DNA of 51,699 bases. Origin: Alphaproteobacteria bacterium. GTDB taxonomy: Bacteria > Pseudomonadota > Alphaproteobacteria > RF32 > CAG-239. Location: assembly GCA_045643605.1 (NCBI GenBank), contig JAZULC010000018.1:1-51699 (forward strand), in the 5' to 3' direction. Of this stretch, positions 35,209 through 44,547 are shown piece by piece. Made by a program: the position numbers and the translations under genes. Positions within the stretch are counted from its first letter, which is position 1. Every line of letters begins with the position of its first letter. The notes beneath the pieces are model-generated. The model was not told where the DNA came from. It made no database searches and saw only the letters and a list, made by a program, of their open reading frames with translations.

Positions 35209-35237
35209 AAAAAAGGGAGATATAAAATCTCCCTCTT
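35209..35237 (-). terminator. Rho-independent terminator after the tRNA-Pro / ORF / tRNA-Pro unit
   Basis: GGGAGAT-loop-ATCTCCC followed on the minus strand by TTTTTT. Confidence 0.7.
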
Positions 35238-35240
35238 TGT

Positions 35241-35315
35241 TGGTCAATGCGACTAGACTCGAACTAGCAACCTCTTGTTCCCGAAACAAGTACCCTACCT
35301 TTGAGCTACGCATTG
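35241..35315 (-). tRNA. tRNA-Pro (anticodon CGG), copy 1, CCA encoded
   Basis: The reverse complement CAATGCG-TA-GCTC-AAAGGTA-GGGT-A-CTTGT-TTCGGGA-ACAAG-AGGTT-GCTAG-TTCGAGT-CTAGT-CGCATTG-A-CCA is 75 nt. C1:G72, A73 and G37 fit bacterial tRNA-Pro identity. Confidence 0.85.
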
Positions 35316-35333
35316 ATATGTATACTTAATGCG

Positions 35334-35528
35334 TCACGGGGGATTGGCAGAATCTTCATCACCAACTAAATATACATCTTCGCCGGCAAAAAAGAAATCA
35401 CTGCCAACTGATCCTTTCTCAGCATATTGTACACTTTCATCGTGAGCTGCAGAAAAAGCTGCATCAACACGATAAGTAGCAAAAGCTACCGATAAACATG
35501 CTAACATTGTTACAACTCTTAATCTCAC
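35334..35528 (-). CDS. Small secreted acidic protein (64 aa) between the two tRNA-Pro copies
   Basis: GTG start with an AGGAG SD 7 nt upstream. Signal peptide MRLRVVTMLACLSVAFA. The mature part is acidic (DESVQYAEKGSVGSDFFFAGEDVYLVGDEDSANPP). More GC-rich than the surroundings. Confidence 0.55.
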   Translation of the reverse strand: MRLRVVTMLACLSVAFATYRVDAAFSAAHDESVQYAEKGSVGSDFFFAGEDVYLVGDEDSANPP

Positions 35529-35552
35529 GATCTTACTCCTAAAAAATTATTT

Positions 35553-35627
35553 TGGTCAATGCGACTAGACTCGAACTAGCAACCTCTTGTTCCCGAAACA
35601 AGTACCCTACCCTTGAGCTACGCATTG
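35553..35627 (-). tRNA. tRNA-Pro (anticodon CGG), copy 2, CCA encoded
   Basis: Identical to copy 1 except for one D-loop base (AAGGGTA versus AAAGGTA). Same cloverleaf. Confidence 0.85.
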
Positions 35628-35672
35628 ATATTTCGTTTACATTATTATATATAACATACAAACAACAAAATG

Positions 35673-36158
35673 TCAATATTTTTTTAAGTATTTTTTTATT
35701 TTTTTAGCAAAAATATCTTTAATTGCTTTAATATCAGTATCTGAAACGATTCCATAAAGAGGAATTGAAAAAGCCGTAAAAGGATTATTTTTTTGCAAAT
35801 AATTATAATGGTATTTTACATTATCTTTAATATTTAAAATTATCACTTTTCGCCTTTTAAAACAACAACGTACTTCTTTTTCCTCTGTACTTTTAATATC
35901 TTTCCAACGCAATATTTCGCAGTGATCTATTTTTATGCCTTCATCAGTAATTATCGCCATAATATGTTTCTTTACATATAGCCAATACCACAAAAGCCAA
36001 GAGCAAGCACAAATTAAAGTCCATACATTTAATTGCGATACACAAAGAAAAGGACAACGGCACATAAAACACTTCAGCATTATCAATGTCAATAAAATAT
36101 TGATATAAAAATGAAAATTAACTTTTTGAAAGCTATAATAAATAATTTTTTCTTTCAT
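35673..36158 (-). CDS. Hypothetical Cys-rich membrane protein with a possible bacterial PH-like C-terminal domain
   Basis: Two hydrophobic spans rich in Cys (KCFMCRCPFLCV, LICACSWLLWYW), then ITDEGIKIDHCEILRWKDIKS. The domain call is a weak guess. Confidence 0.45.
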   Translation of the reverse strand: MKEKIIYYSFQKVNFHFYINILLTLIMLKCFMCRCPFLCVSQLNVWTLICACSWLLWYWLYVKKHIMAIITDEGIKIDHCEILRWKDIKSTEEKEVRCCFKRRKVIILNIKDNVKYHYNYLQKNNPFTAFSIPLYGIVSDTDIKAIKDIFAKKIKKYLKKY

Positions 36159-36181
36159 TTGTAGATTCTCCCGATAAAAAT

Positions 36182-36382
36182 TTAATAATGTGGCGGAGGA
36201 GTTTCTTCAGATAAAGGTTTTACAACATCTGTTTCAATCAACTCTGCAAGATATTTATTATTTTTTTTAAGAGCAACAATCTCTTTATCTTGTCTGATTA
36301 CAACCTCATTAAGTTCATCAACAACTCTTTCTAAATTTGCAAGAGCCGATTCTATATCTATCAATCTTTCTTCAAATTCCAT
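36182..36382 (-). CDS. slyX: SlyX-family coiled-coil protein
   Basis: MEFEERLIDIESALANLERVVDELNEVVIRQDKEIVALKK shows the typical SlyX length and heptad pattern. Confidence 0.7.
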   Translation of the reverse strand: MEFEERLIDIESALANLERVVDELNEVVIRQDKEIVALKKNNKYLAELIETDVVKPLSEETPPPHY

Positions 36383-36401
36383 ATTTTTCTCACCATTTAT
36401 T

Positions 36402-37139
36402 CTAAATCATAGCCATTCCGCCATTAACATGGATAGTCTGCCCCGTAATATATTGAGCTTCATCAGAAACAAGAAAAGCTACAACATTTGCAATATCTTG
36501 AGCTTCTCCGAGTTTTCCTTCAGGAATTCGTGCGAGCATTGAATTTTTAACATCTTCAGGTAAGACATCTGTCATAGGCGTTCTGATAAAACCCGGAGCA
36601 ATAGAATTAACTGTTATACCACGTGAACCGATTTCTTGTGCTAAACATTTATTCATGGCAATCATACCGGCTTTTGAAGCAGCATAATTTGCTTGGCCGG
36701 CATTTCCCATTACCCCGACAATAGATGCAATACCTACGATTCGTCCAAACCTTCTTTTCATCATTCCGCGAATAACTGATCTGGCTAATTTAAACCCGGC
36801 AGATAAATTTACATCAAGAACAAGTTGCCATTCTTCATCACTCATGCGCATAAAAAGATTATCGCGAGTAAGTCCGGCATTATTGACTAAAATATCTATA
36901 CGACCGAATTTTTCTTCAACTTTTGCAACCAAATTTTTTACATCTTCTTGATTAGTTAAATTAGCAACAAAAACTTCAACTCTATCTCCCAATTCTTGCT
37001 TTAGTGCAAGCATTGGTTCTTCTCTCATATCTGTCAAAGCCAAAGTTGCACCTTGTGCGTGCAAAGTGCGTGCAATTTTATCTCCCAAGCCACCTGCTGC
37101 ACCGGTAATTAAAGCTATTTTTCCATCTAATCTAAACAT
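36402..37139 (-). CDS. fabG: 3-oxoacyl-[acyl-carrier-protein] reductase
   Basis: SDR motifs TGAAGGLG, NNAG and YAASKAG. C-terminus GQTIHVNGGMAMI. Adjacent to fabD. Confidence 0.93.
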   Translation of the reverse strand: MFRLDGKIALITGAAGGLGDKIARTLHAQGATLALTDMREEPMLALKQELGDRVEVFVANLTNQEDVKNLVAKVEEKFGRIDILVNNAGLTRDNLFMRMSDEEWQLVLDVNLSAGFKLARSVIRGMMKRRFGRIVGIASIVGVMGNAGQANYAASKAGMIAMNKCLAQEIGSRGITVNSIAPGFIRTPMTDVLPEDVKNSMLARIPEGKLGEAQDIANVVAFLVSDEAQYITGQTIHVNGGMAMI

Positions 37140-37150
37140 ATTATCACCTT

Positions 37151-38095
37151 TTAAAAATTATTCATAAAACTTTCTATTTCTGCTATTGAATTTATAGCAA
37201 AAGAATTAATATTCTTTAAATCTCTTTTGGCTAAACCAGTCAAAACTCTTCCTGCACCTATTTCTACCAAATCAGTAATACCCTGTTCCTCAAAATAATG
37301 CATAGTTTCACGCCAACGAACCATTCCGGTAATTTGTACAATTAACGAATTTACAATAGTTGAAGCATCAGTTATTTTTTCAGCCAAAACATTTGGAACT
37401 ATAGGAATAAGAGTATTGTTTGCTTGTATATGGTTAAATACTTCAGCCATTGTTTCTTGCGCTGACAACATAAACGGGCTGTGAAATGGAGCACTCACAG
37501 ATAATTTTATCGTTTTTTTTGCTCCAAATTCAGAAGCAATTGCCATTGCTTTATCAATCGCTTGCATATGTCCTGATATGACTATTTGTTCTTCTGAATT
37601 GTCATTTGCTGCAACACAATATTTATCGCCCTCTGATGCGGCATCTGTCAATGCATCAATATCTTTAGATGACATCCCGATAATAGCAGCCATACCTCCT
37701 TCGCCTTGAGGAACAGCTTTTTGCATTGCTTCGCCTCTTATTCTCAATAATTTTGCAGTATCATACAAAGAAAACACCTTTCCGACACAGCATGCAGAAT
37801 ATTCTCCTAAAGAATGTCCGGCTAATAAAGATACTTTGTTAACCATACGCAAGCCAAATTCTTTTTCCAACACTCTTACAATAGCCAAAGAATTTGCCAT
37901 TATTGCCGGTTGCGCATTAGCAGTCATCGTCAAATCGGCAATATTTCCTTCTGTCATTATATGAAAGAGATTTTGAGATAAGGCCTCATTAACTTCTTCA
38001 AATACTTCTCGTGCAGAAGCAAAATTATCATATAATTCTTTTCCCATACCAACATATTGTGATCCTTGTCCGGGAAAGACAAAAGCGTATTTCAT
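37151..38095 (-). CDS. fabD: Malonyl CoA-acyl carrier protein transacylase
   Basis: FVFPGQGSQYVGMG, active-site GHSLGEYSA and SAPFHS. Confidence 0.94.
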   Translation of the reverse strand: MKYAFVFPGQGSQYVGMGKELYDNFASAREVFEEVNEALSQNLFHIMTEGNIADLTMTANAQPAIMANSLAIVRVLEKEFGLRMVNKVSLLAGHSLGEYSACCVGKVFSLYDTAKLLRIRGEAMQKAVPQGEGGMAAIIGMSSKDIDALTDAASEGDKYCVAANDNSEEQIVISGHMQAIDKAMAIASEFGAKKTIKLSVSAPFHSPFMLSAQETMAEVFNHIQANNTLIPIVPNVLAEKITDASTIVNSLIVQITGMVRWRETMHYFEEQGITDLVEIGAGRVLTGLAKRDLKNINSFAINSIAEIESFMNNF

Positions 38096-38258
38096 TTAGT
38101 TCTCCTTATAAAATACACACTTACATTAAAGATTAAATATTACCTGTTAAAAGTCAAGCAATATTACTCACATAATAACGAAAATTTGATTTAATATTAA
38201 GAATTTTTTGAATATTTGCGATTAGAATCACCCAAAGAATCACTTTAAAGAGGAAAAA

Positions 38259-40535
38259 ATGGCAAAAAAGAAAAAAACTTCAAATTTATGGAAAAATTCT
38301 CTGCGTTTTATTGGCGGTATTTTATTGTTATTGATACCTGTTTTATTGTTTATAAGTCTGGCAGGATATGATGTAAACGACCCTTCTTTTAATACGGCAA
38401 ATAATAAAGATGTCCATAATTATCTAGGAATATTCGGTGCTTTTATTGCTAATTTAATTTGTATTTCTTTCGGAGTTTCTCTTCCAATTTTTTCAATTGC
38501 CTTTTTATTTTGGGGATATGATATCTTGCACAAAAAAACTTTGTGGGAAGCCAAATACCGTACTTTTTCATTTATATTCGGGATTATCACCCTTTCTTGT
38601 ATTTTCGGATTGATAAATTACAAATCACCTTCGGGAATAAATTTAGCAGGCAGTTTTGGTAAATTTTTGGCAGATAAGATAACAACTATTATTCATTCTT
38701 TTACATCATATACTTATTCAAAAGAAATCTGCATTATGTTTTTACTGATGCTTACATTGTTATTTTTTAATTTTGCTTGTGGAATTACATACAAAAACTG
38801 GATAAAAATCTTTCAAAAATTTTATTTGTTTATTAAAAATATCTGCATATTCTTTATAAGAATGTTCATGTATATAACCAATCGTGAATCATACACAACA
38901 AGTCCTTCCTTATATACAAAAACACCAAAAAAGAAAGAGCCCGTTTTTGAAAAAGTTTCTGTTTCTGAAAAAAATGAAAAAATCAAAGAAGAAAAAAAGG
39001 TTATATCTTCTAAAACAGACAAAAAAAGTACATTGCAAGATTTATACAAGTTTCCAAGTTTAGATTTATTATCCAAACCCAAAAAGTCAAATATTCCTGA
39101 ATACAGCGAAAAAGAATTGTCAGAAATTGCATTTAAACTTGAAAATGTTTTAAAAGAATTTGGCATTAACGGTTCCATTGTAAAGGTTCGTCCGGGTCCG
39201 GTAGTAACATTATTTGAGTTAGAACCTGCTCCCGGAATTAAAAATTCCAGAATTATAGGATTAGCAGATGAAATCGCCAGATCTATGGCGGCAATTTCTG
39301 TTCGTATCGCCGTTGTACCGGGAGAAAGTACCATCGGTATAGAATTACCTAACAAAAAACGTGAAAATGTTTTATTGCGAGAATTATTGGAAGATAATGA
39401 ATTTTGCAATAGCAACAATTGTTTAAATGTTGTTTTAGGAAAGGATATCGGCGGAAAAAATATGTATGCTGACTTGTCTAAAATGCCTCACTTATTAGTT
39501 GCAGGAACAACCGGTTCGGGAAAATCTGTCGGGGTTAATTCTATGATTTTGTCTTTGTTATACAAGATGAAACCAGAAGAATGTCGTTTTATTATGATTG
39601 ATCCGAAAATGCTTGAATTTTCAATGTATAATGGAATTCCTCATTTATTAACCCCTGTTGTAACTGACCCTAAAAAAGCGGTAGTTGCATTAAAATGGGC
39701 TGTCCATGAAATGGAAGAACGCCATCGTGCTATGGCAGAGATGAATGTACGCAACATTACCGGATACAATCAAAAAATTAAAGAGCTCAAAGAAAGTGGA
39801 AAACCCGCTGTTAAACGTATTCAAATAGGTTTTGATTCTGAAACAGGAATGCCGTTATATGAAGAACAACCGATGGATTTGACTCCTCTTCCTTATATTG
39901 TGATTGTTGTTGATGAAATGGCAGATTTAATGCTGGTTGCCGGCAAAGAAGTAGAAGCAGCAATACAACGTTTAGCCCAGATGGCTCGTGCTGCCGGAAT
40001 ACATTTAATCATGGCTACTCAACGACCTTCTGTTGACGTTATTACCGGTACAATTAAAGCAAACTTCCCTACCCGTATAAGTTTTCAGGTTGCATCAAAA
40101 TTTGATAGTCGTACAATTCTTGGAGAACAAGGCGCTGAAAAACTGCTTGGAAAAGGAGATATGCTTTATATGCCTGCAGGTATTAAACCTATTCGTGTTC
40201 ACGGAAGTTTTGTCGCAGATAATGAGGTTGAAAGTGTTGTTAACTTCTTAAAACGCCAACGCGAACCGGAATATATAGAAGAAGTAACTAAAGGCGATAT
40301 AAATTCTAAAGACACATCCTCTTTGTTCCCTGAAGACAGCTTTGATGGTAAAGATGATAATTTATATAATCAAGCAGTACAAATTGCCCAAAAAGATAAA
40401 AAAGTTTCTATCAGCTATATTCAACGCAGATTAAAAATAGGTTATAACAAAGCCGCTACTATCGTTGAAAAAATGGAAGAAAACGGTGTGGTTACTGCTC
40501 CTGATCACAGTGGAAAACGCGAAGTGTTGTTATAA
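38259..40535 (+). CDS. ftsK: DNA translocase FtsK
   Basis: N-terminal TM domain, Lys-rich linker, motor domain with Walker A GTTGSGKS and VVDEMADLM, and a C-terminal gamma wHTH (ISYIQRRLKIGYNKAATIVEKMEENGVV). Confidence 0.95.
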   Translation: MAKKKKTSNLWKNSLRFIGGILLLLIPVLLFISLAGYDVNDPSFNTANNKDVHNYLGIFGAFIANLICISFGVSLPIFSIAFLFWGYDILHKKTLWEAKYRTFSFIFGIITLSCIFGLINYKSPSGINLAGSFGKFLADKITTIIHSFTSYTYSKEICIMFLLMLTLLFFNFACGITYKNWIKIFQKFYLFIKNICIFFIRMFMYITNRESYTTSPSLYTKTPKKKEPVFEKVSVSEKNEKIKEEKKVISSKTDKKSTLQDLYKFPSLDLLSKPKKSNIPEYSEKELSEIAFKLENVLKEFGINGSIVKVRPGPVVTLFELEPAPGIKNSRIIGLADEIARSMAAISVRIAVVPGESTIGIELPNKKRENVLLRELLEDNEFCNSNNCLNVVLGKDIGGKNMYADLSKMPHLLVAGTTGSGKSVGVNSMILSLLYKMKPEECRFIMIDPKMLEFSMYNGIPHLLTPVVTDPKKAVVALKWAVHEMEERHRAMAEMNVRNITGYNQKIKELKESGKPAVKRIQIGFDSETGMPLYEEQPMDLTPLPYIVIVVDEMADLMLVAGKEVEAAIQRLAQMARAAGIHLIMATQRPSVDVITGTIKANFPTRISFQVASKFDSRTILGEQGAEKLLGKGDMLYMPAGIKPIRVHGSFVADNEVESVVNFLKRQREPEYIEEVTKGDINSKDTSSLFPEDSFDGKDDNLYNQAVQIAQKDKKVSISYIQRRLKIGYNKAATIVEKMEENGVVTAPDHSGKREVLL

Positions 40536-41114
40536 AAATTTGATAATATAAAATCCGGCAAACAGAGCCAAGAAAAACAAAATAGAGAGCACACCTAAAT
40601 TTTGTTTTATAAATTTTTCCATCGGCTCACCATATTTGTATAATAAAATCGCCAAAATATAAAAACGCAAACCTCTTGCTAATATTGAAGCAATACTAAA
40701 TACAATAAAATTCAGATGCATAACACCACTGGCAATAGTAATTACCTTATATGGAAACGGTGTCAATCCTGCACCAAAAACAATCCATGAACCATATTCG
40801 TGATAATATTTTTCAAACGTGGCAAATTGTTCTGACATATTATATGACTCTATCAGCGGCAAAGCCAATATATCAAACAAAAACATTCCTATAAGATAGC
40901 CAAAGCACCCTCCAAATACACTGGCAACAGTTGCCACTCCTGCAATTTTAAAAGATTTTCCCCTTGTAGCCAGCATCATTGGAATAAGCATAACATCAGG
41001 AGGTATCGGGAAAAATGAACTTTCTATAAATGCCACTACAAACAAATAATAGATAGCTTTTTCAGAAGATGACCATTTTATTATGGTATTATATGTAGAA
41101 TTTAACAAGTTCAT
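40530..41114 (-). CDS. DedA/YqaA-family membrane protein
   Basis: 194 aa. ESSFFPIPPDVMLIPM plus a Gly-rich re-entrant region fit the SNARE-associated/DedA family. The 3' end overlaps ftsK by 6 nt (convergent). Confidence 0.75.
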   Translation of the reverse strand: MNLLNSTYNTIIKWSSSEKAIYYLFVVAFIESSFFPIPPDVMLIPMMLATRGKSFKIAGVATVASVFGGCFGYLIGMFLFDILALPLIESYNMSEQFATFEKYYHEYGSWIVFGAGLTPFPYKVITIASGVMHLNFIVFSIASILARGLRFYILAILLYKYGEPMEKFIKQNLGVLSILFFLALFAGFYIIKFL

Positions 41115-41148
41115 GATTTTTCAATAAATATTATTACATAACATGTTT

Positions 41149-41592
41149 TTAACTTAAAATCATCTTTCCGTCTTGAACTTTTTCTTTATTTTCCACATAA
41201 AAAATTTGAGAAACCGGAAAATCTGCCATATTTTTAGTAATTTTATCAACAATTATATATTCTTTTATCTTTTTTTCTAAAACAGCAACATCAAAAGGCT
41301 TAAATAAAAAAAGCTCAAACTCTGGTGGAATTTTTTCAAAAAATACTTTTTCCATAATCAATATCAGCGGTATATTTTTATTGTTAATTTTAGATTTAAT
41401 ATATTGCACATAATCATAATCAAAATTTGCACCTAAATCTATGATGAAAATATCCGGATTTATTTCTTGAGAATACAAAATAAATTTATAAACATTAGTA
41501 GTTGCAAACACCTCATAACCTAAAGATTTAATATAATCGGCATAAGCATACAATAAAGCTGCTTCATCATGTAAAATAAATATTTTGCTCAT
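41149..41592 (-). CDS. Single-domain CheY-like receiver protein (atypical acidic pocket)
   Basis: beta1 KIFILHDE (HD in place of DD), beta3 DIFIIDL (putative phospho-Asp), beta4 PLILIM, beta5 FLFKPF (conserved K-P). A short C-terminal extension and no output domain. Confidence 0.65.
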   Translation of the reverse strand: MSKIFILHDEAALLYAYADYIKSLGYEVFATTNVYKFILYSQEINPDIFIIDLGANFDYDYVQYIKSKINNKNIPLILIMEKVFFEKIPPEFELFLFKPFDVAVLEKKIKEYIIVDKITKNMADFPVSQIFYVENKEKVQDGKMILS

Positions 41593-41632
41593 TTTCTACC
41601 TTTCAATTGTGAGGTAGATATAATCTTTTATT

Positions 41633-42484
41633 TTACGAATTTAAACATTGTTGATTTTTATAAGCAATTAAAGTATTTTCTAACAGCATCGCAATAGTCA
41701 TAGGACCAACGCCACCAGGAACAGGAGAAATATTGCCGGCAACTTCTTGCACATTAGCAAAATCAACATCACCACACAAATGTCCATCTATACGATTGAT
41801 TCCCACATCTATAACTACAGCTCCTTCTTTTACCATATCTTGTTTAATAAGATTTGCACAACCGCAAGCTACAATTAAAATATCAGCTTGTTTGGTTATA
41901 TTTCCTAAATTAACCGTATGTGAATGAGCTACTGTTACGGTACAATTACGATTTAGCAGCATTGTTGCCACAGGTCTTCCGACAATATGCGATCTGCCGA
42001 CAACAACTGCGTTCTTTCCGGAAAAAGATTTTCCGGTTGTTTCTATCATTTTTATAATACCTTTTGGAGTAGCAGATACCAAAGCCTGACTTTCATTATT
42101 TTCTAAAAGCCATTTTTGTCGTGAGCCAAAACCATCAACATCTTTTGCAGAATCAATTAAACCAATAATTTCATCGGCATTTATATGTTTTGGTAAAGGA
42201 AGTTGAACTATAATACCATTTATACTGCTATCACTATTCAGTTTTTGGATTAGTGTAAACAAGTCCTCTTTTGTAACATTTTCGGAAAAAGAAAAAATTT
42301 GCGTTTCAATACCAACTTCTTGAGCAGCTTTTTCTTTGCCTTTTACATAGATTAAACTGGCAGGATCTTCTCCAACCATTATAATAGCTAATTTTGGATG
42401 ATAATTATATTTTTCAATTTCTGCTCTCAAAGAGCTTCTAATATTTTGAGCTAATTCTTTGCCGTTAATAATTTTTGTATCCAT
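41633..42484 (-). CDS. folD: Bifunctional methylenetetrahydrofolate dehydrogenase/cyclohydrolase
   Basis: YVKGKEKAA, VQLPLP, GRSHIVGRPVA, PVPGGVGPMT. Confidence 0.95.
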   Translation of the reverse strand: MDTKIINGKELAQNIRSSLRAEIEKYNYHPKLAIIMVGEDPASLIYVKGKEKAAQEVGIETQIFSFSENVTKEDLFTLIQKLNSDSSINGIIVQLPLPKHINADEIIGLIDSAKDVDGFGSRQKWLLENNESQALVSATPKGIIKMIETTGKSFSGKNAVVVGRSHIVGRPVATMLLNRNCTVTVAHSHTVNLGNITKQADILIVACGCANLIKQDMVKEGAVVIDVGINRIDGHLCGDVDFANVQEVAGNISPVPGGVGPMTIAMLLENTLIAYKNQQCLNS

Positions 42485-42811
42485 CTATTTTTTCTCTTCC
42501 AATAACAAATTTTCAAATTTTGCAATAATTTCTTTGTTGTCAGTTTTTATCAAAATTTTTTTATATCTGTCAAGTTCTCCTGATATAATTACAAAAGATG
42601 ATTTTGATAATTTTAATTTTTTAGATAAAAAACTTATAAGTTCATTATTTGCTTTTCCTTTTTCAGGAACAGAACAAACTGTTATTTTTAAATAATATTC
42701 ATCATCTATGAGTAATATATCCTTGATTTGACACGAAGAAGAGTTAGGTTGAAGCCTAACTCTTATCATATAGCCATCGTTTACTTGTTCTAAAAACTTA
42801 TTGTAAAGCAT
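42485..42811 (-). CDS. yggU: DUF167 (YggU) family protein
   Basis: 108 aa. VRLQPNSS...KITVCSVPEKGKANNELISFLSK matches the DUF167 core (P..GKAN.alI.fLa). Lies between yggT and folD. Confidence 0.8.
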   Translation of the reverse strand: MLYNKFLEQVNDGYMIRVRLQPNSSSCQIKDILLIDDEYYLKITVCSVPEKGKANNELISFLSKKLKLSKSSFVIISGELDRYKKILIKTDNKEIIAKFENLLLEEKK

Positions 42812-43100
42812 AATTGCTTATATTTGCAAGCAAACGGTTAATAAACAGCAATACAACTAACAAAATAAACGGAGAAACATCAACTCCCGCAAGAGGTGGA
42901 ACTTTGCTGCGAATCTTTGCATAAACAGGCTCTGTAACAGCTCTTAATATTTCTAACAATTTTCTGGAATATTTATTATCAACTTTCAAAATATTAAAAT
43001 GCATTAACCAATATAATGCTACATCAACAACAACAACCTTAAAATATATATCAGCAGCTATCGCAAAGATATAAAAAAATGGTTCTAAAATGATTCCCAT
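42798..43100 (-). CDS. yggT: YggT-family membrane protein
   Basis: 100 aa, two TM. LRAVTEPVYAKIRSKVPPLAGVDVSPFILLVVL is the YggT signature (P.....DlSPl). Overlaps yggU by 14 nt. Confidence 0.8.
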   Translation of the reverse strand: MGIILEPFFYIFAIAADIYFKVVVVDVALYWLMHFNILKVDNKYSRKLLEILRAVTEPVYAKIRSKVPPLAGVDVSPFILLVVLLFINRLLANISNYALQ

Positions 43101-43122
43101 ATTATGCTCCTTTTAAAAATTC

Positions 43123-44214
43123 TTAACTTCGATTAAAAGTATTAGCATTTTTTCTTGAAATGTCAATACTGTTTGTAGTAATTGGTGTTGGCTGTCTTTT
43201 TATCTCTACACCGGATCTTTGTAGCCCTCGCAATCTTAATAAAGATGCTTGATGTTTAATAATATCAGCTTTATCTTTTTCAGATATAGTAAGATTTACA
43301 AAATCACTTATTAAACCATTATCATAAGCACTGGAATTAATGTAACTTTGATGTGTCATAGATTCTTGTACCATATCCAATGATTGCCCTTTTTGAACAG
43401 CTATTAATTTTGAACCGTCAAACATACCGAAACCTTTAGAATGCATAATATGTTGCATATTTGCGATATATTCATCTTTGCCGTAATTTTCTGTAGCATA
43501 CCTAATTTCTGCTTCAGAAAGTCCAATCTGTTGCAAAAACTTTACAGAAAGCAATAAAGATACAACTTTTGAAGGATCCTTATATTGTGCTAAATTTTCA
43601 GGCACTTTCCCCTGTAAAATTTCATTTTTTACACCTTGAAGTTCTTTACTTTGTGCTAACAATGGTAATAACAAAAATGCAATAGTTGCTGAATCGCATA
43701 CTTTTTCAGGAGTATTTGATCCCTCAAACAATGATTTTAATCCTTTTAATTTATCTGTTGGAGAGTTATTATTGCTAAGATTTTGAGAATCTTTTCCTAC
43801 TCCTGTTGCATTTACTTCTTTTTGTTTTCTTTCAAGTTGTTGATCATGGATTACCTTAGCTGTTTCTTTTCCCGGTGTTTTACTTAAAACGTTACCACGA
43901 CAAATTTTTAATAAAGATAAACTATGTTTTAATAATGACAGTTTCTCTGCCATTTTAGGATCATTACTTTTCTCTAACAAACTTATACACGTCACAAGCA
44001 TCGATTCTCTATTAAAGGAATATTCTACAAATGCCTCTCTTTGTTCTATATCTTTATTACTGATAAAGCCATCTTTATAGCTTTTCACTATTTCATTAGA
44101 GGCATTTATCCATGTAAGAAATTCTATCGTGCTGTTACTTTCTTCTCGTCTGTTCAATAATGAAGCTATTTCATTTTCATCAACGCTATCTTTCCTTTGT
44201 TCAGTATTTTCCAT
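43123..44214 (-). CDS. Hypothetical soluble helical protein (363 aa)
   Basis: Long ORF in an operon context. No signal peptide, TM or recognised motif. Low-complexity Ser/Asn/Lys linker in the middle. Confidence 0.65.
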   Translation of the reverse strand: MENTEQRKDSVDENEIASLLNRREESNSTIEFLTWINASNEIVKSYKDGFISNKDIEQREAFVEYSFNRESMLVTCISLLEKSNDPKMAEKLSLLKHSLSLLKICRGNVLSKTPGKETAKVIHDQQLERKQKEVNATGVGKDSQNLSNNNSPTDKLKGLKSLFEGSNTPEKVCDSATIAFLLLPLLAQSKELQGVKNEILQGKVPENLAQYKDPSKVVSLLLSVKFLQQIGLSEAEIRYATENYGKDEYIANMQHIMHSKGFGMFDGSKLIAVQKGQSLDMVQESMTHQSYINSSAYDNGLISDFVNLTISEKDKADIIKHQASLLRLRGLQRSGVEIKRQPTPITTNSIDISRKNANTFNRS

Positions 44215-44235
44215 GGTATCTCCTTTTTCATCAAA

Positions 44236-44541
44236 TCATAATTCATAATTTTCATCAAGTTCTTTCATCATATCTTCAATAACAATAGCTGTATTTTCTA
44301 TTAAATCACCAACATATATTTCATCTTTTCCCATCTTTAAAACTTCATCAAAATCCAAATTCAATAACTTTTCCGATAACATATCATTTGCTCTATCAGG
44401 AATATTTGGATATTGTATTTTTATGGCTTTTTTTATAATCTCCTTATAAGACATCGTTCCAAATTGTCTATAATACAAATTTTCTTTCATTGCATTCAGA
44501 CGATTTTTTAAATTATAGTAATCCATATGTACTCTTTCCAC
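44236..44541 (-). CDS. Hypothetical small acidic protein (about 96-101 aa)
   Basis: The GTG at 44541 lies 6 nt after the upstream stop. The alternative ATG is at 44526 (MDYYNLKNRL). No family recognised. Confidence 0.55.
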   Translation of the reverse strand: MERVHMDYYNLKNRLNAMKENLYYRQFGTMSYKEIIKKAIKIQYPNIPDRANDMLSEKLLNLDFDEVLKMGKDEIYVGDLIENTAIVIEDMMKELDENYEL

Positions 44542-44547
44542 CCAGCA

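Noticed and set aside
38822-39418. 198-aa minus-strand ORF.
   Set aside because: It is antisense inside ftsK (linker and start of the motor domain). No motifs are present.
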